DNA of 64,000 bases from Octopus bimaculoides (lineage: Eukaryota). Under the pieces are notes generated by a model. The model ran no database searches and was not told where the DNA came from. It was given only the letters and a program-made list of their open reading frames with translations. Position numbers and translations under genes: made by a program. The DNA is taken from the NCBI RefSeq assembly GCF_001194135.2, contig NC_069002.1, positions 14,931,398-14,995,397 of the forward strand, in the 5' to 3' direction. Shown piece after piece: positions 1-11,518 of the stretch. The stretch's first letter is position 1. The number at the start of each line of letters is the position of its first letter.

Positions 1-250
1 ACGTAGTTCTCGGGGATATTCAGCGTGACATAGTGTGACAAGGCTGGCCCTTTGAATTACAGGCACAACAGAAACAGGAAGTAAGAGTGAGAGAAAGTTG
101 TGGTGAAAGAGTACAGCAGGGTTCGCCACCGTCCCCTGCCAGAGCCTCGTGGAGCTTTAGGTGTTTTTGCTCAATAAACACTAACAACGCCCGGTCTGGG
201 AATCTAAACCGCGAGTCCGCTGCCCTAACCACTGGGCCATTGCGCCTCCA
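1..250 (-). mobile_element. tRNA-head SINE family A (partial, window edge)
   Basis: Near-identical to copies at 5038, 6664, 26130, 38714; head GGAGGCGCAATGGCCCAGTGGTTAGG, B-box-like GGTTTAGATTCCC. Confidence 0.85.
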
Positions 251-2177
251 CTCGGGGGATAGAAGGGGTCAAATCAAGAAAATAGGAAGGGTGGTCAACC
301 AGTTCAAAAGCTACGGTCACATAGAGCAGCCATTGAAACCAAGGATTTGGCAATATAAGTAACTCAGGCGTGCTGGATGAGAACACATAGCTTCTCTACT
401 AACGTTGATAAAATATTCTTATTTAGTTTGGTAGTGAAAGAAAGAAAGGAAAAACAAAACAACCTAAAACGAAAAAGAACTCATTTTGAGAGAAACAGAG
501 TTACCTCCCTTAAAACGATTCTAGCAATGTCCAGAAACAAGTCAGTCTTTACGTTTTTTAGTCCGCAAATAGGAGAAAATTAACAATGACATAAGGAGGG
601 TATCCGTTCTCTCTTTATGGTGTAATACCACTGAAATAATTTCATGATTTAAGGTAAACCAGAGTAGAGGCAAACAGGGCCGGTTAAAAACCAATTAGAC
701 AGCTTGGTTCAAATTGGACCTCGCGTTAAGTTAGGAAGACACTATGATGAATTAAACCCTTTGACTGCATCAAGCACAGATATCCATCCAAATCTCTCTA
801 CCTTTTTTATGTGACAAGCAGATTTACCCTATGACTTTTCATTAAGAAAAATAAAACAAAAAAACTCGTATTTTTTTTTTTTGCGCGGAATCAAGTACCC
901 TGATCTCCTAATAAACCACAAACTCCTTACTTTTGTTCGGAAAAAAGGTGGGGATGGGTCCTTCCCATCCCTGAATCACTGGATTTAAAAAAATTTTTCC
1001 GTTGAATCAGTTACGGTGACCTAATATGCCATAAAAATCCTTTTTTTTTTTTTTTTNNNNNNNNNNNNNNNNNNNNNNNNNNNNNNNNNNNNNNNNNNNN
1101 NNNNNNNNNNNNNNNNNNNNNNNNNNNNNNNNNNNNNNNNNNNNNNNNNNNNNNNNNNNNNNNNNNNNNNNNNNNNNNNNNNNNNNNNNNNNNNNNNNNN
1201 NNNNNNNNNNNNNNNNNNNNNNNNNNNNNNNNNNNNNNNNNNNNNNNNNNNNNNNNNNNNNNNNNNNNNNNNNNNNNNNNNNNNNNNNNNNNNNNNNNNN
1301 NNNNNNNNNNNNNNNNNNNNNNNNNNNNNNNNNNNNNNNNNNNNNNNNNNNNNNNNNNNNNNNNNNNNNNNNNNNNNNNNNNNNNNNNNNNNNNNNNNNN
1401 NNNNNNNNNNNNNNNNNNNNNNNNNNNNNNNNNNNNNNNNNNNNNNNNNNNNNNNNNNNNNNNNNNNNNNNNNNNNNNNNNNNNNNNNNNNNNNNNNNNN
1501 NNNNNNNNNNNNNNNNNNNNNNNNNNNNNNNNNNNNNNNNNNNNNNNNNNNNNNNNNNNNNNNNNNNNNNNNNNNNNNNNNNNNNNNNNNNNNNNNNNNN
1601 NNNNNNNNNNNNNNNNNNNNNNNNNNNNNNNNNNNNNNNNNNNNNNNNNNNNNNNNNNNNNNNNNNNNNNNNNNNNNNNNNNNNNNNNNNNNNNNNNNNN
1701 NNNNNNNNNNNNNNNNNNNNNNNNNNNNNNNNNNNNNNNNNNNNNNNNNNNNNNNNNNNNNNNNNNNNNNNNNNNNNNNNNNNNNNNNNNNNNNNNNNNN
1801 NNNNNNNNNNNNNNNNNNNNNNNNNNNNNNNNNNNNNNNNNNNNNNNNNNNNNNNNNNNNNNNNNNNNNNNNNNNNNNNNNNNNNNNNNNNNNNNNNNNN
1901 NNNNNNNNNNNNNNNNNNNNNNNNNNNNNNNNNNNNNNNNNNNNNNNNNNNNNNNNNNNNNNNNNNNNNNNNNNNNNNNNNNNNNNNNNNNNNNNNNNNN
2001 NNNNNNNNNNNNNNNNNATATATATATGACAGTGTGTATGAATATGTAGACGAATTACTTATTACTTACTTTTTTGCTGTCAAATCATTGGATTAATCCC
2101 AATTTCAAATTTTCTGACAAAACTCCAAGCTGTATGAAACTAGATTTCGGTATGCTAAAAATAACAGCTAAATGTCT

Positions 2178-2228
<51 letters not shown>

Positions 2229-2939
2229 AGTATTGTAGAAGATAAAAAGTTTTTTTTCTCCTTAGACATAAAATATAGTCTGTAAATTAAGGATGTTTTT
2301 AAAAGATACTATGTTATCATCGGAATATATATATTTTCTCAAACAACAATTAAGAGAAATTTATTTGAAATCGCTTGTTTGTAGAGAGAAAACTTTTATT
2401 CTTTCCCCTCCACTCACACAAAAATGACACCTAAAGCGAGAAAAAAGTTTGTATTTTGTATTCTGTTGGGATTAATCCAATGATTTGACAGCAAAAACGT
2501 AAATAAATAAGTACTTTGCCTACATATACATACACTCTCTTATATATATGTGTGTGTGTATGTAAATTCAAAACTAAAAATGGAATAGAGTGAAATATTA
2601 CATGTGGTTAGACGATATAAAGTCTATTTATTCAGCATATTGGCATAGAATTTTTTTCTTTTGCCCTTATTTATAATTGTTTATAATTTTCACCTTAAAA
2701 GGTATTTTAATATGCTGGCCACTGACAAACTTTTTTACCCTTATATTAGAAGTAAATTTATTACCATTCACTTCAGTACTGCAAACCACTTTATGTAAGT
2801 TTCATGACCGTCTACACGTGTGTTGAGGCTTGCTACAGAATTTCTATTTGGATATATTTCGGGTACTTAAATGTACTCCTGACTTTGCACCTGTCATTTC
2901 TACGGGTATATGTAAGTACTCCATTTATTCTTATCGTAT

Positions 2940-2999
2940 TCCTCGCTGACGAAGGAAGAATCCTTTTGGATTAATCCAGAAATCGGCCCGATTCGGGGA
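2940..2999 (+). ncRNA. Candidate minimal type-I hammerhead ribozyme motif
   Basis: Stem I TCCTCG/CGGGGA, core CTGACGA, stem II GGA-AATCC-TTTT-GGATT-TCC, GAAA, stem III ATCGG-C-CCGAT, triplet AUU; A.A mismatch at base of stem II. Confidence 0.6.
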
Positions 3000-3817
3000 T
3001 AACGGAATTTAAAAGAATTTGTTTGCTTTCCTTGTTTCAATACGCTGTGTATTTATAGTGAAATATTGTATGTGGTTAGACCAGGGGTTTTCAAACTTTT
3101 TGACTTGCGGACCCCTTTATATNNNNNNNNNNNNNNNNNNNNNNNNNNNNNNNNNNNNNNNNNNNNNNNNNNNNNNNNNNNNNNNNNNNNNNNNNNNNNN
3201 NNNNNNNNNNNNNNNNNNNNNNTATATATACATATATATATATATGTATATATATACATATATATATGTATACATACAATATATACTCACATAGTGCTTC
3301 CGCTTCCAGAAGTCAGTTTTCCTAAAATGAGTGTAACTTTACATACATACATGCATATGTATATATATATTTCGTTTTGGGATTTGCAAAGAGAGTCAAA
3401 ACTATTGAAAAGGTTGCAAGATGCAATGAAAATTTTAGAAAAATAAAGAACGAAATGCGTGGAAATTTTACCGGTGAGTGTTTTAAATTATAAGACACTA
3501 AAGGAGAATGACTTTCCCCAGACACAACAGTATATACATGGTCCTTCCACAATGTAACCTCGTGGATATCGGCGGCGATTTTTTCTTCCTCCGTTTTCCC
3601 ATTCTTTGGACTTTCTTTGTTTCCGACAAAGAGCTCCGCTCGAAACGTCATACTCTCTTTCCTTTCCCGAGCGTCCAGTAACACAATCTGTATCACGTCC
3701 TCACATTGTTTTTTTGTCTTTTTCCTTTTTTGAACTTATATATATATATATATATACATAGATAGATAGATAGATCGGAGAGAGAGAAAGAAATATCAGA
3801 ATTTGTGAACAACTTAC

Positions 3818-3945
3818 ATCATTGTTACCAAATGAAGGATCATAATTTCCAAAGCCACTTTTTTGAATTGCCCGCTTCTTCCTTGAGCTTGATCCGTCAG
3901 TTTTGATGACAGCATTTTCAAGAATGTTCTTAGTTATGTCTCTCA
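3818..3945 (-). CDS. Exon C10, contains RKKR
   Basis: 128 nt, phase 1-0; LRDITKNILENAVIKTDGSSSRKKRAIQKSGFGNYDPSFGNND. Confidence 0.9.
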
Positions 3946-6900
3946 CTGCAACAACAGAAACACTTTGATTTAGGGACAAAATAAACGGAACCAGCCACAG
4001 CAGTAGATATAAACTATTAAAAATGAATGAAGGAGGGGTTTAATGAAGGAATGTCTATGTGGAATCCCTGTTGCATCTTACAATGAGTAATGAGATATCT
4101 GTCTTATAATAATTCTGGGTAATTATAACACAAAAATTACATTAAGTGTTTAACTCTTTAACATTCAGATTTCTCTGTCAAATGTGATGTTTATTTATTC
4201 ACATTGTTTTGGATTAAATATATCTCTCTTACTTGTTTCAGTCATTTGACTGTGGCCATGCTGGAGCACTGCCTTTAGTCGACCAAATCGACCCCAGGAC
4301 TTATTGTTTGTAAGCCTAGTACTTATTCTATCGGTCTCTTTTGCCAAACCGCTAAGTTATGGGGACATAAACACACTACCATTGGTTGTCAAGTGATGTT
4401 GGGGGGGGGGACAAACACAGACACACACACAAACACACACACACACACACACATGTATACATATATACGACGGGCTTCTTTCAGTTTCCGTGTACCAAAT
4501 CCACTCACAAGGCTTTGGTTGGCCCGAGGCTATAGTAGAAGACACTTGCCCAAGGTGCCACGCAGTGGGACTGAACCCGGAACCATGTGGTTCATAAGTA
4601 AGCTACTTACCACACAGCCACTCCTATGCCTATGGGTATGTACCTTCAATAATGACCTCAGGCTGAATAGTGTCTTGTAAGTGGAAGTGATAGACATGAG
4701 TTGTAAGATGCCTAAAGTGTGTGTGGGTGGGTGTGTATAATGAATCATGGGATGCTGCATTGTGGATGTCAACTATCTTGGCAGATAAACTTATTGAGTC
4801 AGTGGCAGATGTGGCTAGATGATGAGTAGAGGAACAGTCAACAAACTATCAATGGTCAAGATCAGCCACTTGAGTCAATGAATTCCAGCTATCATCTGTA
4901 GTTATGGTGTGTCCAGATGCAACATTCAGCTCTCAAAAGACTAATATGACTTATTGGTCAAGGCAAGTTAACTGACTGGAGATGGATGATGATGATTGTG
5001 TATGTANNNNNNNNNNGTGTATGTATATGTTTATATGTGGAGGCACAATGGCCTAGTGGTTAGGGCAGCAGACTCGCGGTTATAGGATTGCGGTTTCGAT
5101 TCCCAGACCAGGCGTTGTGAGTGTTTATTGAGCGAAAACACCTAAAGTTCCACGAGGCTCCGGCAGGGGATGGTGGCGAACCCTGCTGTACTCTTTCACC
5201 ACAACTTTCTTTCACTGTTACTTCCTGTTTCTGTTGTGCCTGTAATTCAAAGGGTCAGCCTTGTCACACTGTGTCATGCTGAATATCCCCGAGAACTCCG
5301 TTAAGGGTACACGTGTCTGTGGAGTGCTCAACCACTTGCACGTTAATTTCATGAGCAGGCTGTTCCATTGACGGATCAACTGGAACCCTCGACGTCGTAA
5401 GCGACGGACTGCCAACAAACATGTATGTGCATATGTATATGTTTGTATGTATGTGTGAGCATATATGTGTCTGTGTGTGTAGATATGTATGTTTATATGT
5501 GTGTATGTGTACATGAGTATTTGTGTGTTTCTGTATTCCCCGTGTCTGATGTTTACACTCTGCCTGAAAACAAGGTCTTTATCCCTAGAAAAGGAGCCTT
5601 GGATACAATCTGCCACAAGCACATGTCCAGTGAATGAACCTGTGTTTACATCGTCTGAAAAGCCAGAATAAACATTCCAGCGCTTGGAAACAGGTGAGGG
5701 ATACTGACAGGAAGTGGACTTTAAATTGATGATGATAATTATATTAACATAGCTAACACCATTGGGATACAAATATTATCATTAACGTCTGCTTTCCATG
5801 GGTTGGACAGTTTGACAGGAGCCAACTAGTTTGAAGACTGCCCCAGGCTACTGTGTCTGTTTTGGCATGTTTTTTACAGCTGGATGCCCTTCCTAATACC
5901 AACCACCTTGCAGATTGGACTGAATGCTTTTTATGAGGCACCAGCACTGGTGAAGTCAGTTTAAGCATGGTTTTTACAGCTGGATGCCCTTCCAAATGCT
6001 AACCACTCATCAGTGTGGACTGGATGCTTTTTACGTGGCTCTAGTACCAGCAGGGTCACCTAGTAACTTGCAAGACAAGGAATTTTGAGAGGAGGGAGGG
6101 CATTGAAGGAGGTGATCTTGTGTCAGATACTGAAAGGTTAGAGTGTTAGACATTATTTGATATGAATAGAATAAGATAATGAACAACATTATAATTATAA
6201 ACACAAAAATTATCAAACTGTTCTAAGTGAAGTTATTAACCCTTTAGCATTCAGAATTACACTGTCAAATGTAAAACTTATTTATTCATATTGTTTTGAA
6301 TTAATCATGTATTATCTTCTAGCTTTGAAATTTCAATGATATGACTGTTTATTTTTAGAATGACATTGTAGGGTAGGTGCAAGAGGCTGGATCAGGCAAG
6401 TTTAAATGATAGAAGGTTTAAGGTGTACTTACATTTTTTGCGTAGGGGGCAGCCGATTGCATCTCCAAATGGTTTACAGTCCACTGTTGCATCAACACAA
6501 GTACAATAAGTCGGAACATCAAAATCCAGTTTCTTGCTGTAGCCATTATAATAAGAATCACCTGTGACTCTGCAAAAACAAAGGTAAGCTTATCAACTTT
6601 ATCTCTACAACAACATAATAGGCCAGTTGCTTAGCATAGTAAGAGAGATATAAATGTGTAAATTGTTGTTGGCACTCTGTCGCTTACGACGTCGAGGGTT
6701 CCAGTTGATCCGATCAACGGAACAACCTGCTCGTGAAATTAACGTGCAAGTGGCAGAGCACTCCACAGACACGTGTACCCTTAACGTAGTTCTCGGGGAT
6801 ATTCAGCGTGACACAGTGTGACAAGGTTGGCCCTTTGAATTACAGGCACAACAGAAACAGGAAGTAAGAGTGAGAGAAAGTTGTGGTGAAAGAGTTCAGC

Positions 6901-9900
6901 AGGGTTCGCCCCATCCCCTGCCAGAGCCTCGTGGAGCTTTAGGTGTTTTCGTTCAATAAACACTCACAACGCCTGGTCTGGGAATCGACACCGCAATCCT
7001 ATGACCGTGAGTCCACTGCCCTAACCACTGGGCCATTGCACCTCCTAAATGTGTAAATATTACACAGCATACATACAGGGTGCAGTGGATAAACTGTCGT
7101 TTAAATTACGCAAAAATGAAAATAATACTGACATCTCATCTTCACAGATATATTTGCCAAAATTACATAAAAATATCTTGAAATACTAAAGAGTAAATTT
7201 ATTCAATAAAATCGCCATTGGCTTTAACCACGGCCTCCAGACGACTTCGGAATCTCCAGCAACTCTTCTGTGTGGTCTCCTTGTTTAAGTTGATGAATGC
7301 TGCCATAATCCTTGCCTTCAGTTCATCTTTGGTGTTACAAGAAGTTTTGTTGGTCTCTTGCTCAACTGTGCCCCACATATAGTAACCAAGGGTTTTGCAG
7401 TGTGGGGAGTTAGGTGGCCAGATGTTATGGGTAATGTGGTTGCAGAAATTGTCTGACAGCCATGACTGAGTTCTGGTTGTGTGGCATGATGCAGAGTCCT
7501 GTTGCCAGACACAGGGTGTTCCAGTAGCCACTCACTTGACACAAGGCAGCACTACCTCCTCCAGGCACTTGATGTAGGTCTCCGTGTTGAGTGTGAGGCT
7601 GTGTGGGAATGGAGGCATAACGTCACCATCACTAGTAATCACTCAAAACACCATGATGTTGTCTGGATCTTTGATTTTTATCACTCTGAGTACATGTTTT
7701 GGGGATACAACAAGTCAACGGTTCTGTGTGTTCACCATCTGATCCTGGCAGAAATTTTTCTTGTCTGAGAAAAACTAAAGCATGTTTGATTGGAGGGAAT
7801 GCTTGAGTTTGTTCAAAAGCTTTGTAGCACAGTCTTTCTTCTTGTCCTTGATGGCTTGGGATAAAAATTGGTCCTTTCTCATCTTGTATGAGGAATACTG
7901 AATGTCTTCATGCACTACCTGCCTGATAAGGAACACAAACACTCCCATGTCCCTGGCGATGGACCTGATTGACTTGGAGGGATTGTTTTCAATCATGGCC
8001 TGGATTTCACCAACAAATAATAATAATAACAATAATAATAATAATAAAACATTATTCAGACTAATATATAACAAAATCACCAGGACTAACAAGTATATAT
8101 AACATACGGAAAATAGCACTACTAACCACTGCACACATCCTATATAAAACACTTTCAATACAGTAAAAATAAGAGTATCACAACAAACCACAGCACATAA
8201 CCAAGGCACACAGAGCTGCGCTCAGTAGTACAGTGAAAGTATGTGATAAAAATAAGACTAATTATAACAGCCATGTGTTGAGAAGAATTCTTTGGGTTTG
8301 AATAAATAATTCACCTCTGGAAATATGGATGTTTTGTTCATCATCCTTAAACAAACTTCATTCAGGGATCTTTTGAGGAGGATGGGCTGCTCAACCTGAA
8401 AAAATTCTAACTGAGCCCCACCTGCGAGGTCATGTGCTGCTTATCTTGATATGCAATCACTATGTTGCATACATATGGCTGTGATGCATGTGCCTGGTGT
8501 ACCCTTATTAAGCAGGTAGTCATGATGGGTATATTGGGCTTCGTATATTTGTACCCCAGTGTCACTGTAATGGCATGCACTGCTCTCTCACTAGATAATA
8601 ATAGCAACAAAGAAGTAAGAATAATTTTTATATAAGATCTGAAAGCATATCATGTTCCCTGTGTTACTTTCAAAGTTCAGTTGTGTTCAGTCTGTCTGTA
8701 GTCATGCGTTAATCTTTTAAGTATCACAGGAGAAGATGCTGGCAGGAAGTGTTTGAGAAAATCTACAAAAACACACCATACAAATGTAACTACACACACA
8801 CACACACATTATTCTGTGTTTGTTTTGCACCATTTTCATGAAAAAGTTGAATCTATGAAGAACAGGACTTACCTCCATTCTTTACTAAAACCATTTGGAA
8901 GCTTTTTAATTGGGAACTGTTTGGTTTTACCAGTTAAATAATTGGGAGATTCCAATGTGTACTTGTCACAAAGACCTGCAGAGAAAATAAAGTTGCAGTT
9001 AGATTTTATTGAATTCTTTCTAAGTTAAGCCATCTGCTCCAGCAACAAGGACTCATACACACACACACACACACTGTCTTATGGATATGCACTCTCTCAA
9101 ACACACATAAACACACACATAGACTCTCTCCAATACACACACATACATTCACTCAGACACATATCAATACGCCTGTACAAACCCAAATCTTTCATCAAAA
9201 CATTTTTATCTCAACTACAACTTTTAAATGTTTATTTTTTGTAAGAAACCATTTACTTCTTCTCCAAGGAAATTCTCAATGATTAATCACGAAACTCATT
9301 TTACATAAACTTGAAAAATTGGTACAACATAGCTTACCTTTACTCTTCTCTAAATCTTTAGCTGTTGCATCAAGATAAAGGTTCATAAAAGCATGGAATC
9401 TTGGTTTAATTTTCACAATCATTCCAGTTGGTAGTACAACCTGTGAAGAAGAAATGGGATGCAAATTAGAAAAACTGCAACAAATTGTATATACTTAAAA
9501 TCTTTACTAACGAAGATGCTCAGACAATAGATTTAAAATGTCTAATTTTAAAGGGTGACTTGATGAGCCTTTAATAGTATATATGGCAACTATTCTTGCA
9601 ACGTTTAGAATCATCTGATGTAATCATCCCAAAGTTAAAGTAATGGAATCAAAATGTTCCTGGAGGTAAGCCTTTATATGTGTGTATGTGTACATATATA
9701 TATCTGGCCCATCAGGAATCACTGCTGAGATACTTAAAATATTTGGTGGTGTAGGCTATGCTCTAGTCACCTGTATAGTTAAGCAGGTGGTACACAAAAG
9801 AACCATACCCAAATTGCTTAGAGGTATCATAATAATAATAATAATAATAATAATATTAGTTTATATAAAAGACTGATAACTCAGCAGAAATGTAATAGAT

Positions 9901-10160
9901 AGATAGATGAGTTCTTAACTTTTGTATACGATTGTCATAATCCATCAGTCTAATGAATTAGACTGACATTTATTTTATTTTGAACCTGTTGAAGGCATGC
10001 AAGATGCTGAAATATTGTTCAAAGCACCAATAAATAAGTTACTTTCGAGTTGCGCTTTTTGTCATTAAGTTGGCCGTGGTCATGGATTACATCAGCTATG
10101 TTTACCTTAGTGATGGAATTTGGCAATCGTATACAAAAGTTAAGAACTCACCTCTCTATC

Positions 10161-10197
<37 letters not shown>

Positions 10198-11484
10198 CCT
10201 TTCTGCTATAAGTACAAGGCCTGAAATTTGGGGGTAGTGGAGTAATCAATTACATCGACCCCAGTACTCAACTGGTACTTATTTTATTGACCCTGAAAGG
10301 CAAAGTCAACCTTGGCAGAATTTTCAACTCAGAATTTAAAGATGAAGGAAATGCCACTGAGCATTTTGTCTTGCATGCTAATAATAATAATGATGATGGT
10401 AAACATATGAGTTTTGTATGTGATTAAATGAGCTAAGGCTGTAGGAAACTTACCACATAATAAGAACCAAAGACGTTTGTGTAAATTTTGGTTGCTGGTG
10501 TGAGGTCACCATGGAGGTATGTCTTGACTTTGACAGGTAATGTTCTGGCTTTAAATTTAGAATTAGCATACTGGCATTTGTTGAAAACGATGACATCATC
10601 TCCTGATCGAACTATGACTGCACAGGTACAAGAAGCACGGCCACATCTTGTAAAGAAAGCTCTGACCTAACAAGACAAAATATAAAAAGGTAATGTTAAC
10701 AGGTGACTGAGAAAGTCTGTTCAGTAGATATATGTATGTAATTATGCATGTGTATATATGTTTTTATGTGTGTAAATGTATGTGTGTGTGTGTGTATATA
10801 TATATACATATATATATATAATAATAATAATAATATTAGGGACAAAATCCAAAATTACAGGTAAAAACTCAATTAAAATCAATTTATAAAAAATTAAAAT
10901 TAAATTGAGCTTTTTGTATATAATATACATGTTATTATAATGGATGAAGGGAGGATTATTGATTGGTTATTATTTTGATATTTTGATATTTTTAATAATT
11001 TTTCTATCTTTATAAAATAAGTATTTCATATTAATTCATTTGGTACTTATTGTTGGTTGAGATATATATATCTAATTATTNNNNNNNNNNNNNNNNNNNN
11101 NNNNNNNNNNNNNNNNNNNNNNNNNNNNNNNNNNNNNNNNNNNNNNNNNNNNNNNNNNNNNNNNNNNNNNNNNNNNNNNNNNNNNNNNNNNNNNNNNNNN
11201 NNNNNNNNNNNNNNNNNNNNNNNNNNNNNNNNNNNNNNNNNNNNNNNNNNNNNNNNNNNNNNNNNNNNNNNNNNNNNNNNNNNNNNNNNNNNNNNNNNNN
11301 NNNNNNNNNNNNNNNNNNNNNNNNNNNNNNNNNNNNNNNNNNNNNNNNNNNNNNNNNNNNNNNNNNNNNNNNNNNNNNNNNNNNNNNNNNNNNNNNNNNN
11401 NNNNNNNNNNNNNNNNNNNNNNNNNNNNNNNNNNNNNNNNNNNNNNNNNNNNNNNNNNNNNNNNNNNNNNNNNNNNNNNNNNNN

Positions 11485-11518
<34 letters not shown>

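Noticed and set aside
505-630. Possible next exon of module C (AG...GT, 126 nt, WYYTIKRERIPSLCHC*FSPICG...)
   Set aside because: In-frame TAA and only vague similarity to exons A7/B11. The surrounding sequence looks low quality, and the true exon may lie in the 1037-2018 gap.
3400-3525. Similarity to 33370-33490 as a conserved intronic element between modules
   Set aside because: The copies are in non-equivalent introns and next to PLE-like sequence, so a dispersed repeat is more likely
5038-5110. tRNA genes at SINE heads
   Set aside because: Degenerate cloverleaf fused to repeat bodies with tails and TSDs; these are SINE Pol III heads
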